Positions 46,201 to 56,513 are shown, numbered from the stretch's first letter. The stretch is DNA of 64,000 bases from an uncultured Clostridia bacterium (GCA_937880755.1 CALGRX010000020.1:149645-213644), one strand, 5' to 3'. The notes: generated by a model from the letters alone, not told the origin. Numbers and translations: made by a program.

Positions 46201-46892
46201 AGTCAGACACCTATTACAAGATTTCTATCTGGGTATTGACCTACGGACTAGTTAAGAACGAAAGCGCTACGCTTACCTTGACGCTCAACAAGCAGACCTA
46301 CACCTTTGGTAAGCTCATTGGCGACAAGTCGACCGACTACGATAAGGCTCGTCAAATCAACACCTCTACCTACGACGAGGACGGCAACGAAACTATAGGC
46401 ACTTGGACGCAGTACAACTTCTACGTTAAGACGGAAAAGGACGTTACCGCAACGGCAAGCCTTACCATTTCCCTCGGTCGAACGGGTGAAGAAAAATGGT
46501 TGGAGGGCTACGTCTTTGCCGATAACTTCTCCGTTACCGAAGTTGACGAAGCTGACTTTATTGCTAGAAAACCTGTTGAGGGCGAGACCGAAGATACTAT
46601 CGACGAAAGTCTTATCGACGACGCACTGGTTGCCAACAACTTCCGTATAGTATTTACCGAAGAGTCCGCAGACGCAGAAGAAGACCTCAACGCAGAAAAG
46701 GAAGAAACTGATACCGACGACACCACCAAAGACTATTTGTGGTTGTGGATTACAACGGGCGTTGTGGGCGGTGTAATGCTCATCGTGGTAGTAGTCGTAC
46801 TAATCAAGAAGTTTGCTCCTAAGAAAAAGCGTAGCTTGACTAAGAAGAAGTCTTCTAAGGTAAGCAAAAACAACGACAGCTTTAGCAACTAA
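43227..46892 (+). CDS. Large cell-surface protein with five CBM-like beta-sandwich repeat modules
   Basis: 1221 aa with an N-terminal signal/lipobox (LATAIAC). Five modules each contain an xLVIYNKKxTxYxYxS ... NSYYxxSxxVKT block and end in GxVFFDxxxxxxx. An acidic linker, a C-terminal TM helix and a K-rich tail follow. Confidence 0.8.
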   Translation: MNTKKRFLLTLLIAIMCIAMLATAIACDKDTDDNTDDTDTSEQLFTNGDFTLTTGDTYPATPGSWTSSTGASNAQAGSDNVIAGVIDTSSSSFKSNKKTYGSIENPGKTGEDDKILMIYNKIKNSYKYTSANVTLNKNSYYELTFSVKTLLTDPSETSGAYVYLTGDAYAEFKAIDTNGEWKNYKIVIETSNMSTNSISLLLSAGSTTDANTQGHVFFDSVVLKNLTDVEEGETAFTASDFASLATNEYTAKYSAIGGDKEFDYASISSTSTFKTPSKYTGNVGKGSGDSAPSSSSYLEKGIVDVTATSSVTVGDAQYTLTTAEGSQGNNILVINNKKATAYGYRSSVATRFFAGKYYAVSVNVRTNILDGNGATLKLTNGTDTDERNIVINNINTAGDWQTVTFFIQANDKRNNDLYLELWLGQGGANDTATHVRGIASFDKVTIKEVDQEAYNSGVNRFSLLSTHVAENIDINNFVNTTYDETIATDRSQMSVEGGVLTLNNVLPTAITTSNFTKTADDKLDKSKGYTIYPNNYYLMSVMFKTDVADKTKGLTISLVSYNEDGTKYSDSYSSLASLSALNTLNLDDYKIEGDYTEASFYIKGSEYESNIVGLQFTLGSGAGTQSASHVVGKAMIKDITVENITPSEYNAVTTSTVTKTASFSESSDSNGVSSNGEFKIIDAAATRELYVDDVFTAQGKLYKHLGVPKNWTITKKTAITDGNSRAGVLDVESTDLMTEMGLDPVGFFNGYNSEDNPTVLAINSIDSTAIGYSSNSITLNSNSYYMFSVWAKADGSPLSIELATKTASGDENNKYYNINPSDDKWHQYFIYVETGISSVSVKLTLYSGNPQVSSNTQNGWVFFDSAKYISIDENTYKQGCSLENSTNVNVLAQSWLVDSFDSTSTSDALTSPENWSGKLLDSNAKSDSDYLAAGVFDQTCGDWSNIDIDPDTDTTVANAIFDNEKNIGDSVLVIYNKKPTSYQYTSSSTTLKSDTYYKISIWVLTYGLVKNESATLTLTLNKQTYTFGKLIGDKSTDYDKARQINTSTYDEDGNETIGTWTQYNFYVKTEKDVTATASLTISLGRTGEEKWLEGYVFADNFSVTEVDEADFIARKPVEGETEDTIDESLIDDALVANNFRIVFTEESADAEEDLNAEKEETDTDDTTKDYLWLWITTGVVGGVMLIVVVVVLIKKFAPKKKRSLTKKKSSKVSKNNDSFSN

Positions 46893-46910
46893 TATTTGCT
46901 AACTAATACA

Positions 46911-46938
46911 AAAAGTCCGCAGATATGCGGACTTTTTT
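46911..46938 (+). terminator. Terminator of the surface protein gene
   Basis: AAAAGTCCGC-agatat-GCGGACTTTTTT. Confidence 0.8.
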
Positions 46939-47046
46939 GTTGTGATTTTATCGTTCATTTGTTGTGTTGAATCTAAAATATTATCTAAACGTATCGGTAC
47001 GTTCTCAAAAATACTCTATCTAGAACTTGTATTTGTTCAACCAGCG

Positions 47047-47340
47047 TTATTCTGTCGGAATAAATAGCTTTTGCCCCAAAAAAACTTGGTTTATCCTATT
47101 ATACTCTTTGATTTTCGCCTTGTCTACGCCAAAATTCAACGCTATTTTGTCAAGCGTGTCAAAGGGTTGGACGACGTATTCCACCCCCTCCCTTTGTTCT
47201 ATTAAGAGGCGCATACCAACGTAGCAATCTTGTGCACGCAAGTCGTTGAGCTCAATAAGTCTATCCAAACTCATATTGTACTTTTTACTCACCTCTTCCA
47301 GCGTCGTCGACCGTGATATTCTGATAACAAAGTTTTTCAT
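47047..47340 (-). CDS. Small protein with two LysM domains
   Basis: 97 aa from ATG 47340, preceded by GGAG. The two LysM-like repeats are TLEEVSKKYNMSLDRLIELN and TLDKIALNFGVDKAKIKEYN. Confidence 0.75.
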   Translation of the reverse strand: MKNFVIRISRSTTLEEVSKKYNMSLDRLIELNDLRAQDCYVGMRLLIEQREGVEYVVQPFDTLDKIALNFGVDKAKIKEYNRINQVFLGQKLFIPTE

Positions 47341-47402
47341 ATCTCTCCTTACACTTAAGTTTGCTATATTATATTTGGCAATAGCTCCCAATATAATACA
47401 AT

Positions 47403-48893
47403 ATGAAAAGAATAGTCAAAGCCTTCGCATTAGTCACATTCTTATCGTGTTTTACGAGGTTTGTGTCCTTTATATTCAAAATCTACCTTTCTCGACTGCT
47501 GGGCGCGGAAATATTGGGCGTATATCAAATTACATTTTCGCTGTTTTCTCTCTTTGCGTGTCTTAGTATGTCGGGCATACCCGTAACTCTATCAAGACTT
47601 ACCGCCGAAGAATACACTCTCGACGGTGGCAAGGCTGTGGGCGGATTGTTTTCTTCGGCAATGCTACTAAGCCTGTCGATATGTACGGTTATTATCGCCG
47701 TTTTGGCAATATTCCCCGCTATACCTAAAGCACTGTTTAGTGACGAGAGGTGTGTAAAGCTCTTTTACGTAATGTTGCCTATGCTCGTTACCTCGTCGAT
47801 ATACTCTATCGTCAGAGGTTGGTTTTGGGGTAAAAAGGAATTTTTCACCTTTTCGATAACCGAACTTATCGAAGAGATAATCAAGATTGCATTTACTCTT
47901 TCGCTACTTATGACGGGCATATTCGGCGTTACTAAGTTTTATTCTTACGCCGTAGCCATGATTGTAAGCGATATAGTAATGGTAGTTATTCTTTTTGCCT
48001 GCTTTATTTACAAAGGAGGCGTCGCAAAAAGACCTCTATACGCCAAAAAAATTGTCAAATCGGCAACTCCTTTGACAGTAACTAGGCTCTTTGGCTCGCT
48101 TATGTCGGCGTTTTTGTCGTTGGTTATACCCGCAATGTTGGTCAAATACGGCTTGGATACGCAAGTGGCTACTGCGCAATTCGGCAGAGCGAGCGGTATG
48201 GTCATGCCTATATTGCTTGCCCCCACCAGCATCGTAGGCGCTATGACCGTCGTATTAATCCCCGAGCTTGCGGAACAAAACAAAAAAAACAGCCCCAAAG
48301 GGCTGAAAAGCAAGATTTCTACGGCAATAGAATTTAGTTTTATTATCAGTTGCGCTTTTTATATCATATTTATGGCGTGTGGGCAAAACTTCGTTTCGCT
48401 TATTTACCACGACCCCGAAGCGGGAAATTATATGCCTAAGGTTGCGTTGTTGATGATACCCCTATGTATCAATAATATGGCGATAAGCATACTCAACTCC
48501 TTAGGCAAAGAAAAACAAACGTTCCTCTCTCACATTGCGTGTTGCGTAGTTTTGGCAATAACGACTGTCGTTACACCTAAATATTTGGGTATTTATTCCT
48601 ATTTCCTCGCCTTAGCGCTATTCCACACCGTAGGCACGGTAATCAATTTGACAATGATTACCCGCATAGTTGAGCCCGATAGAAGATGCGCGTTGCATTG
48701 CTTGGCGTGCCTAGCCTTTGCTTGTATCGCGGGAGTTGGAATGTCCGCGCTAAACAATGCAATACAACACGTTCTTACGCCCGCAATTTGCACTGTGATA
48801 AGCGGTGTGTTGTCGGGCGTAATATTCGTTGCCTTTTTGCTCGGATTTAAAATAGTAGATATAGGCGGATTTTTGCCCAAAAAGTTGCGATAA
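47403..48893 (+). CDS. MOP-superfamily polysaccharide/lipid II flippase (SpoVB/MurJ-like)
   Basis: 496 aa with about 14 TM helices and an N-terminus typical of SpoVB-type proteins (FIFKIYLSRLLGAEILGVYQ). Confidence 0.8.
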   Translation: MKRIVKAFALVTFLSCFTRFVSFIFKIYLSRLLGAEILGVYQITFSLFSLFACLSMSGIPVTLSRLTAEEYTLDGGKAVGGLFSSAMLLSLSICTVIIAVLAIFPAIPKALFSDERCVKLFYVMLPMLVTSSIYSIVRGWFWGKKEFFTFSITELIEEIIKIAFTLSLLMTGIFGVTKFYSYAVAMIVSDIVMVVILFACFIYKGGVAKRPLYAKKIVKSATPLTVTRLFGSLMSAFLSLVIPAMLVKYGLDTQVATAQFGRASGMVMPILLAPTSIVGAMTVVLIPELAEQNKKNSPKGLKSKISTAIEFSFIISCAFYIIFMACGQNFVSLIYHDPEAGNYMPKVALLMIPLCINNMAISILNSLGKEKQTFLSHIACCVVLAITTVVTPKYLGIYSYFLALALFHTVGTVINLTMITRIVEPDRRCALHCLACLAFACIAGVGMSALNNAIQHVLTPAICTVISGVLSGVIFVAFLLGFKIVDIGGFLPKKLR

Positions 48894-48904
48894 TTAAGAT
48901 ATAT

Positions 48905-49507
48905 TCAACTTTGTTCTTCTACTATTTCTGTTCCTTCCGTTTCGGTCTCGGTTGGCTTTTCTTCTCGTCTTGCAAGAAAATCTTTGAACACCAATCGCTT
49001 GCATGGCTCGAAGATTGCCATGGTCAATGCCATATTGATAGCCGATACTGCGCATTGCTTTGGTAGTCTACCCCAAAGATATACCCAAAAAGTCTTGCCA
49101 CTGCCCTTGGAATAAGAATACACGTACCAAAGCGTACACGTATTGATAAACGCCGTGCATATCACGAGGCAGGCAAAGTACGACAATAATATCTTGATAT
49201 AGTTGTTAAGATTTTTGATTTTGAATATAAGTCCCGGTATCAACCCCATAAGCCCCGACGCCAGCGTTATCGTCGGAAGCCACGCCCCCTTAGGCGAGAT
49301 TAGCTGTCCGAGAATATCTCCCATTGCGCCCGTCAAAAATCCGCCTATCGGTCCACAAACGGCACCTGCGAAAAATGCGGGCATAGCGGCAAAGGATATT
49401 GCAAACGACGGAACGGGTAACCACGTAAATACGTTGGCGATTGTGCTGAGTGCTACAAATACTGCCAAATATGCGATTTTTTTGGCGTATTCTACTCTTT
49501 TGTCCAT
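48905..49507 (-). CDS. folT: ECF transporter S-component, folate family (FolT-like)
   Basis: 200 aa from MDKRVEYAKKIAYLAVFVALS (ATG 49507, AGGAGG upstream). A THF riboswitch lies directly upstream. The longer track ORF would read through the riboswitch. Confidence 0.75.
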   Translation of the reverse strand: MDKRVEYAKKIAYLAVFVALSTIANVFTWLPVPSFAISFAAMPAFFAGAVCGPIGGFLTGAMGDILGQLISPKGAWLPTITLASGLMGLIPGLIFKIKNLNNYIKILLSYFACLVICTAFINTCTLWYVYSYSKGSGKTFWVYLWGRLPKQCAVSAINMALTMAIFEPCKRLVFKDFLARREEKPTETETEGTEIVEEQS

Positions 49508-49552
49508 AAAAAAACCTCCTAAAATTAGAGGTCCATTGAAAAATATTATTTT

Positions 49553-49645
49553 GCAACGGACGCAACTCAATATCGCAAGCATAGCTTTTCGTTTGTGAGC
49601 AACATCCCATCTCACAACACTTAACGCATTGAGTTTACTCTGCTG
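49553..49645 (-). promoter_or_regulatory. Tetrahydrofolate (THF-I, folT motif) riboswitch
   Basis: The minus strand reads GCAGAGUAAACUCAAUGCGUUAAGUGUUGUGAGAUGGGAUGUUGCUCACAAACGAA ... AUAUUGAGUUGCGUCCGUUGC. This matches block by block the Eubacterium siraeum THF aptamer as I recall it (GAGUAG ... GCGUUAAGUG ... AUGGGAUGU ... ACGAAG ... UGCAUCCGCUC). P1 and P2 pairings are preserved. Confidence 0.9.
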
Positions 49646-49720
49646 AATAAATAGTATCATACTTCTATATTTTTAGCAATCAAAACGAATAAAAAATTGT
49701 AAAATACTTACGCTAAAAAT

Positions 49721-50437
49721 ATGCTAACGGTCTTTATAAGAGCAATTATAATTTATTTCTTTTTGCTCATCGCTATGCGACTAATGGGCAAAAAGCAACT
49801 TGGCGAATTGCAACCCTTCGAATTTGCAATTTCGCTGATTGTGGCAGAGCTGGCGTGCATACCCATGTCGGATACGCAAGTGCCTATCGTCTACGGTCTA
49901 GTGCCTATTTTTACCTTGTTTATACTTGAGTTTATCGTCACCAAAATGGTCAAGCACTCTATCAAGCTGCGCAAGGTTATCAACGGCAAACCCGTCATAG
50001 TAATAACGCCACAAGGCATCGACTACAAGGCAATAAGCCAACTTGATATGACTATCAACGATATTATGGAAGCCTTGCGCGCCAAGTCTTACCTATCTCC
50101 CGCCGAGATACATTACGCGATAGTCGAGACCAACGGCGACGTGTCGGTGATACCAAAATCCGCCAATCAACCAGCTACCCTAGGCGACCTCAACGTGTCC
50201 AAGCAAGACCCCGAACTGCCTTTTACGTTGGTGTGCGAAGGCAAAAAGCTGTCGGAGAATATACAGTTGTCGGGCGTGGGAGAAGACTTCGTGCAAGCGG
50301 TGATGAAAAAATATAATATCAAGCAAAAGGATATTTTGTTGTTATCCGTGTCGGGGCAAGATGAGTTTTATCTTCAACCAATAGAAAAACAATATATTAC
50401 CGGCAAAATTGACGAGGTGAATAATGACGGGAATTAA
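49721..50437 (+). CDS. DUF421 (YetF-like) membrane protein
   Basis: 238 aa. The stretch RLMGKKQLGELQPFEFAISLIVAE is a DUF421 signature. Confidence 0.85.
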   Translation: MLTVFIRAIIIYFFLLIAMRLMGKKQLGELQPFEFAISLIVAELACIPMSDTQVPIVYGLVPIFTLFILEFIVTKMVKHSIKLRKVINGKPVIVITPQGIDYKAISQLDMTINDIMEALRAKSYLSPAEIHYAIVETNGDVSVIPKSANQPATLGDLNVSKQDPELPFTLVCEGKKLSENIQLSGVGEDFVQAVMKKYNIKQKDILLLSVSGQDEFYLQPIEKQYITGKIDEVNNDGN

Positions 50438-50813
50438 AAAGATAGTATTGGTAACTGTAATATTCGTGTTGATAGTTGCGGCGGGCATAGCCGAGCAATT
50501 GTATATAGACAGAACCTTCGACAAACTCGAAGACTATGCCGACGACCTTGCCGTGCTACTACAAGCCGAGAGATACGTCGAGGCGTTGGAATTGACGGAA
50601 AAACTATCAACTTGGTGGGGAAAAGAGAGAGATAAGTTGGAATTTTTGTGCTCCAACGTAGATATAAAAGAGATATATCGTGAGATTGGCGAGTTGCAAG
50701 GCTCTCAGTACGCCGAGATGTACGACGACTCTATCACTCGTGCCAACGTGCTAAAATATATGGCGCAAAACTCCAAAAACCTCTTGGCTTTTAAATTGAA
50801 AAATATTTTGTAA
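50424..50813 (+). CDS. DUF4363 family protein
   Basis: 129 aa with one N-terminal TM helix. It overlaps the DUF421 gene by 14 nt, the usual partner arrangement. Confidence 0.75.
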   Translation: MTGIKKIVLVTVIFVLIVAAGIAEQLYIDRTFDKLEDYADDLAVLLQAERYVEALELTEKLSTWWGKERDKLEFLCSNVDIKEIYREIGELQGSQYAEMYDDSITRANVLKYMAQNSKNLLAFKLKNIL

Positions 50814-50821
50814 AATAGCAA

Positions 50822-50860
50822 AAAGGTCGATACGTATTGAATTATCGACCTTTGATTATT
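50822..50860 (+). terminator. Terminator of the DUF421/DUF4363 pair
   Basis: AAAGGTCGATA-cgtattgaat-TATCGACCTTT followed by a T-rich tract. Confidence 0.7.
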
Positions 50861-50891
50861 TTTCTAATATAAAGAAACAAGCACTATATCC

Positions 50892-51676
50892 TTAATAATT
50901 GATTATTATTTTATTGCTTTTGTAATCATTATCGGCAAGTCGGGCTTGTCTGCATAAACCTCTTGTTTGAATTTTGTATTGTTTGCCGTCTTTGATGAAA
51001 TAAGTTCCGCACCGTCTAAACTCAAAATTAACGTTTTTGCGTATACACTGCTCTTTTATATCCAAAACCCAAGCATAATCTAGTGCCCTTGCATTGATAT
51101 CCGACTCGCCACCGACAACGACCAACTCGATATCGTCAAGATATTGTTGTATGTCGATTTTTTCAAGCAACGGTTGAGCCGTGATACATTTGTGCTTTAT
51201 TGGCAAATCTCTGAATATCGACAGTTTTTGTCGGCGCTGCGTTGATTTTCTATAGTACAACATACTACTACGTTTCATATCCGTCATTCCAATCACTAGG
51301 AATACAATCCAAAAATCTTTCTATTCTTTTGGTTAAAAATAGGAATTTCAATCTTGTCTTTCTTTTATCATCTGCCAACAATTGCCTCGCAACTCATCGG
51401 CTTCTTCAATAAGAAAGTCGCCGGAAAAGCACGTGTAGACTATCACCGACTTAATTTATAATTGCCGTTTTTTTGCCTTACTATCGGCTTATCAAAATCA
51501 TTAGTCTTTACAATTTCGTTTGTATTGACTTTTCTTTTGTAGTCGCCTTTATGAATATAGCAATGCAAACAACCGTCACTACATTTTATAACCTCGCCAC
51601 GGATTCCACATTGCCATAATATCATTGTCCTATATTGCGATTGCTTCGTTGCAAGAATATTGCTTGGCAATCTCAA
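50892..51676 (-). pseudogene. Decayed DUF5131 (phage Gp37/Gp68-like) gene
   Basis: Family-like segments are spread over different frames: WQCGIRGEVIKCSDGCLHCY, then VIVYTCFSGDFLIEEADELRGNCWQMIKERQD*, then DLKFLFLTKRIERFLDCIPSDWNDG, then IENQRSADK, then LPIKHKCITAQPLLEKIDI ... VVGGESD ... VNFEFRRCG. This needs at least three frameshifts plus in-frame stops. Confidence 0.7.
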
Positions 51677-51730
51677 TTTTTCAATAATTTTTTTATTTTC
51701 GTCTGATATAAGGTTCTCAATATTTTAGCT

Positions 51731-54544
51731 CTATCTTTTGAGTTTGTCGACGAGGTATTGTCCCGTGTAACTCTCGGCAATCTTCGACACTTCTTCGGGC
51801 GTGCCTTGAGCGATAATTCTACCTCCGCCCTCTCCGCCTTCGGGTCCTATATCAATAATATTGTCAGCCACCTTAATGATGTCTAGATTGTGCTCGATAA
51901 CTATTACGGTATTGCCCGCATTGACGAATCTTTGCAATATCTCGATGAGCTTTTTGACGTCGTGAGTGTGCAAGCCCGTCGTTGGTTCGTCTAGGATATA
52001 CACCGTCTTGCCCGTGCTTCTCTTGGATAGCTCGGAAGCGAGTTTTATTCTCTGAGCCTCTCCGCCCGACAGCTGAGTAGACGGCTGTCCAAGCTTGATA
52101 TAAGAAAGTCCGACCTCTTGCAAAGTGCGTATTTTGTTGTAAATCTGCGGTATATTGCGGAAAAATTCGCACGCCTCGTCCACCGTCATATCGAGTACGT
52201 CGTATATGCTCTTGCCCTTGAATTTTACTTCCAGAGTCTCTCTATTATATCTTTTGCCGTGGCACACTTCGCACGGTACGTACACGTCGCTCAAAAAGTT
52301 CATATCAATCTTGATGATGCCGTCGCCTTGACAGTTTTCGCATCTACCGCCACTGATATTAAAACTAAACCTTCCCGCCTTGTAACCTCTCGCTTGCGCT
52401 TCCGGCGTCTTGGCAAAGAGTTCTCTTATCGGCGTAAATACGCCCGTGTACGTCGCAGGGTTGGAGCGTGGCGTTCTACCGATTGGGCTTTGGTCAATGG
52501 CAATCACCTTGTCGAGATTTTCGTACCCCTCTATGCCGTCACACTCCACTTGCGCATAGCTTGCATTGTTGAGTTTATGCGCCAAAGCCGGATAGATTAT
52601 TTCGTTGACAAGACTGCTCTTGCCACTTCCGCTGACGCCCGTTACTACGTTGAATTTGCCAAGAGGAATGGATACGTCGATATTCTTGAGGTTGTTTTTT
52701 CTTGCACCTTTGACAGTCAAAAATTTGCCGTTGCCCTCTCTGCGTCGTTCGGGTACGGGAATACTCTCTCTGCCCGAGAGATAGTCGCCCGTGATAGACT
52801 GTTTGCAATCGGCAACCTCTTGAGGCGTGCCCGCAACGACGACTTCTCCGCCGTGCACGCCCGCACCCGGTCCTATGTCAACTATATAATCTGCTCTTTG
52901 CATAGTTTCTTCATCATGCTCAACGACTATGAGCGTGTTGCCCATATCTCTCAACCTCTCGAGTGTGGAGAGTAACTTGCCGTTGTCGCGTTGGTGCAAG
53001 CCTATACTTGGCTCGTCTAATATATATAGCACTCCCATAAGTCCGCTACCTATCTGGGTGGCAAGTCTGATACGCTGAGCCTCTCCGCCCGACAAGGTCG
53101 ACGAGCTTCTGCCTAGCGTCAAATAACCAAGCCCTACGTTGAGCAAAAACTTGAGTCTTGCCTTGATTTCTTTGATGATTTGGCTAGCGATAACGGCGTC
53201 TTTTGCGCTGAGTTGAAGTTGGTCTATAAACTCGTACAAGTTGGTGATAGACATACAGCAAAGCTCGTAAATATTCTTATCCCCCACCTTGACCGCAAGC
53301 GACTCTTTTTTTAGCCTTTTGCCTTGACAAACGTCGCAAGGAATCTCTCTCATATATCTTTCGAGTTCCGCCTTGACGTAAGTCGAAGTAGTCTCTCGAT
53401 AGCGTCTATTGAGATTGTTGATGACGCCCTCGAAATTCCTCGTCATCGTCCCTTTGAACGTAGTGCTGTTGTATTCTATATTATAAGTCGTATCGTCGCC
53501 GTACAACAAGACGTCTATTACGTTCTTAGGCAATTTGCCAACCGGCGTGTGAATATCGAAGTTGTATTTTTTGGCTAGTTGCGTCATAATAGAACTCGTA
53601 ATTTTACTACTATCAAGATACCAACCCGATACGTCTAACGCCCCTTGAGCTAAACTCTTATCCCACTTGACGAGCTTGTCGGGGTCTATGCTGTAGGTAA
53701 ATCCTAGCCCCGCACAATTAGGGCATGCACCGAAAGGCGAATTGAAGCTGAACATTCTCGGTTCCAATTCTTCTATAGATATATCGCAATCCGGACAAGC
53801 GTATTTGGTAGAAAAAAGCTTGATTTCGCCGTTGATTTCTACCTCTACCAGACCTTCGGCAAGTTTGAGTGCCTGTTCTAAGCTGTCGGTGAGACGCCGA
53901 ACGATGCCCTCTTTGACGATAAGTCTATCCACGACAATGCTGATATTATGCTTGTTATTTTTGTCTATCTTGATTTCGTCTTCGAGCTCGTAGTCGATGC
54001 CGTCGATAATCGCTCTCATATAGCCCGACTTACGATAGCTCTCGAGTTGCTTTTGATACTCTCCCTTTCTACCTCTCACCACGGGAGCAAGCACGCGAAT
54101 TTTGGCACCTTCGCCACTCTCTAGCACCTTGTCGGCGATTTGGTCAATACTCTGCTGTTCTATCTTTTTGCCACATTTTGGACAATAAGGCACGCCGATA
54201 CGAGCAAAGAGCAATCTCATATAGTCGTAGATCTCCGTCACCGTGCCGACGGTGGAACGAGGATTGTGCGAAGTAGTCTTTTGGTCAATGGATATTGCGG
54301 GAGAAAGTCCTTCGATATAATCCACGTCGGGCTTGTCCATCTGTCCCAAAAACTGCCTTGCGTAGGACGACAAACTCTCCATATATCTACGCTGTCCCTC
54401 GGCAAAAATCGTATCGAAAGCAAGCGACGACTTGCCCGAACCGCTAAGCCCCGTCAATACTACGAGCTTGTTGCGTGGTATCGTTACGTCGATATTTTTT
54501 AGGTTGTGTACCCTTGCACCCTTGACGGTTATATCTTCCCTCAT
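51731..54544 (-). CDS. uvrA: Excinuclease ABC subunit A
   Basis: Two ABC ATPase modules (GLSGSGKSS and GVSGSGKSS) plus zinc-finger cysteines. I chose the start at [15 protein letters not shown] (ATG 54544), 1 nt after the uvrB stop. Confidence 0.97.
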   Translation of the reverse strand: MREDITVKGARVHNLKNIDVTIPRNKLVVLTGLSGSGKSSLAFDTIFAEGQRRYMESLSSYARQFLGQMDKPDVDYIEGLSPAISIDQKTTSHNPRSTVGTVTEIYDYMRLLFARIGVPYCPKCGKKIEQQSIDQIADKVLESGEGAKIRVLAPVVRGRKGEYQKQLESYRKSGYMRAIIDGIDYELEDEIKIDKNNKHNISIVVDRLIVKEGIVRRLTDSLEQALKLAEGLVEVEINGEIKLFSTKYACPDCDISIEELEPRMFSFNSPFGACPNCAGLGFTYSIDPDKLVKWDKSLAQGALDVSGWYLDSSKITSSIMTQLAKKYNFDIHTPVGKLPKNVIDVLLYGDDTTYNIEYNSTTFKGTMTRNFEGVINNLNRRYRETTSTYVKAELERYMREIPCDVCQGKRLKKESLAVKVGDKNIYELCCMSITNLYEFIDQLQLSAKDAVIASQIIKEIKARLKFLLNVGLGYLTLGRSSSTLSGGEAQRIRLATQIGSGLMGVLYILDEPSIGLHQRDNGKLLSTLERLRDMGNTLIVVEHDEETMQRADYIVDIGPGAGVHGGEVVVAGTPQEVADCKQSITGDYLSGRESIPVPERRREGNGKFLTVKGARKNNLKNIDVSIPLGKFNVVTGVSGSGKSSLVNEIIYPALAHKLNNASYAQVECDGIEGYENLDKVIAIDQSPIGRTPRSNPATYTGVFTPIRELFAKTPEAQARGYKAGRFSFNISGGRCENCQGDGIIKIDMNFLSDVYVPCEVCHGKRYNRETLEVKFKGKSIYDVLDMTVDEACEFFRNIPQIYNKIRTLQEVGLSYIKLGQPSTQLSGGEAQRIKLASELSKRSTGKTVYILDEPTTGLHTHDVKKLIEILQRFVNAGNTVIVIEHNLDIIKVADNIIDIGPEGGEGGGRIIAQGTPEEVSKIAESYTGQYLVDKLKR

Positions 54545-54545
54545 A

Positions 54546-56504
54546 TTACTCCTTGTTTTCCAATGCTCTCTTGAGCGCGGCGATATCCTCTCTATATCTA
54601 ATCGCCATCTCAAAGTCGAGTCCCGCAGCCGCAACTTTCATGGCGGCGGTGAGTCTTTCTATCTCTTTGACAATATCTTTTTTGGTCTGTTTAGGCTTGT
54701 TTTCTTCGACTTTTTTGCTTATCTCCAAAGTGTTGACGATAGGCTTGACTACCGTCCTAGGCACGATGCCGTGCTCTTGGTTGTATCTATTTTGGATATT
54801 TCTTCTTCGGTTGGTCTCGTCGATTGCTCGGCGCATACTGTCGGTCATAGTATCGGCATACATTACCACCTTTGCCTCGGCGTTTCTCGCCGCACGACCT
54901 ATCGTTTGCACTAGCGAAGTTTCGCTCCTCAAAAATCCTTCTTTGTCGGCGTCCAATATTGCCACCAAAGTGACTTCCGGCAAGTCTAAACCTTCTCTTA
55001 GTAAGTTGATGCCGACTAGCACGTCAAAGTCGCCCTTACGCAAGCCTTGAATGATATCTATTCTCTCCAAAGTGTCCACGTCCGAGTGCATATATCTAAC
55101 TTTGATACGCCTTTCTTTGAGATACTCGGTGAGCGACTCAGCCATTTTTTTGGTAAGAGTTGTGACGAGTACCCTTCCGTCTTTGTCTACGTTGGTATTT
55201 ATCCTCGAAATAAGGTCGTCTATTTGTCCCTCGGTGGCCACAACCTCCACTTCGGGATCTAGTAGTCCCGTCGGTCTTATCAACTGCTCTACGACTTGTC
55301 CCGCCTCTTGCAATTCGTAAGGCGCAGGCGTTGCCGATACGCATATCATTTGTCCTACGCGCTCGTCAAACTCCTCGAATTTGAGCGGTCTGTTGTCGTA
55401 AGCCGACGGCAAACGGAAGCCAAAGTCGACAAGGTTGCGTTTGCGTGCTAAGTCGCCGTTGTACATTGCTCTAATCTGTGGCAAAGTCATATGGCTCTCG
55501 TCAACGAATAATATAAAGTCCTTAGGGAAAAAGTCTAACAACGTATAAGGCGGTTGTCCCGGAACTCTGCCGTCAAAATAGCGAGAGTAGTTCTCGATAC
55601 CGCTACAATAGCCCATTTCCCTTATCATCTCGACGTCGTAACTTACCCTCTCTTGCAATCTTTGCGCTTCGAGAAGTTTGTTCTCAGCCTTAAACTGCTC
55701 TACTTGAGCTAACATATCGAGGTTGATGCGTCTAAGCGCCTCTTCCATTTTTTGCTTTTGGACAACGTAGTGCGAAGCGGGAAAAATGTTGACGTGCTTG
55801 AGAGTGCATACCGCCTTGTTGGTGACGCAATCGAATTGCGATATCTTGTCTATTTCATCACCCCAAAACTCAATCCTCACGGCAAGCTGGGAGCTGTCTA
55901 CGGGGAATATCTCCACGACGTCGCCACGCACTCTAAACTCAGCTCTGTTGAAGTCGATTTCGTTGCGTTTGTATTGTATTGCCACCAACTTGTCTATAAG
56001 CTCGTCTCTATCGATTTGCATACCCGGTCTTAGCGATATAGCCATGCTGTAATAGTCGAGAGGCGCGCCAAGTCCGTAAATGCAAGACACCGATGCCACG
56101 ACGATGACGTCGCGACTCTCGCACAAAGCGCCCGTAGCCGAGTGGCGAAGCTTGTCTATCTCGTCGTTGATAGCGAGGTCCTTCTCTATATAGGTATCGG
56201 TGGTAGGAATATATGCTTCCGGTTGATAATAATCGTAGTACGAAACGAAGTATTCTACTCTATTATTGGGGAAAAACTCTCTAAATTCGTTGCAAAGTTG
56301 CGCCGCCAAAGTTTTGTTGTGCGCAATGACAAGAGCCGGTCTTCCCAGCTCTTTGATGACGTTGGCCATAGTAAAGGTCTTTCCGCTTCCCGTCACGCCC
56401 AAAAGCACTTGGGTGCGCAGTCCGTCGTTGACGCCTTGTACCAACTTGGATATGGCTTGCGGTTGGTCTCCGCAAGGTTGGTAATCGGAATGAAGTTGCA
56501 ACAT
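54546..56504 (-). CDS. uvrB: Excinuclease ABC subunit B
   Basis: 652 aa with the helicase motifs GVTGSGKT and DESH, plus a C-terminal UVR domain. Confidence 0.97.
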   Translation of the reverse strand: MLQLHSDYQPCGDQPQAISKLVQGVNDGLRTQVLLGVTGSGKTFTMANVIKELGRPALVIAHNKTLAAQLCNEFREFFPNNRVEYFVSYYDYYQPEAYIPTTDTYIEKDLAINDEIDKLRHSATGALCESRDVIVVASVSCIYGLGAPLDYYSMAISLRPGMQIDRDELIDKLVAIQYKRNEIDFNRAEFRVRGDVVEIFPVDSSQLAVRIEFWGDEIDKISQFDCVTNKAVCTLKHVNIFPASHYVVQKQKMEEALRRINLDMLAQVEQFKAENKLLEAQRLQERVSYDVEMIREMGYCSGIENYSRYFDGRVPGQPPYTLLDFFPKDFILFVDESHMTLPQIRAMYNGDLARKRNLVDFGFRLPSAYDNRPLKFEEFDERVGQMICVSATPAPYELQEAGQVVEQLIRPTGLLDPEVEVVATEGQIDDLISRINTNVDKDGRVLVTTLTKKMAESLTEYLKERRIKVRYMHSDVDTLERIDIIQGLRKGDFDVLVGINLLREGLDLPEVTLVAILDADKEGFLRSETSLVQTIGRAARNAEAKVVMYADTMTDSMRRAIDETNRRRNIQNRYNQEHGIVPRTVVKPIVNTLEISKKVEENKPKQTKKDIVKEIERLTAAMKVAAAGLDFEMAIRYREDIAALKRALENKE

Positions 56505-56513
56505 AAATCTAAG

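Noticed and set aside
52118-52975. Other long antisense ORFs: 52118-52975 opposite uvrA, 27826-28608 opposite prfA, 57249-57986 opposite hom, 61049-61777 opposite glyQS, 21369-22082 opposite uvrC and 10324-10986 opposite serA.
   Set aside because: Each lies entirely inside a confidently identified housekeeping gene on the other strand. None has a start context or a recognisable motif. I treat them as shadow ORFs.
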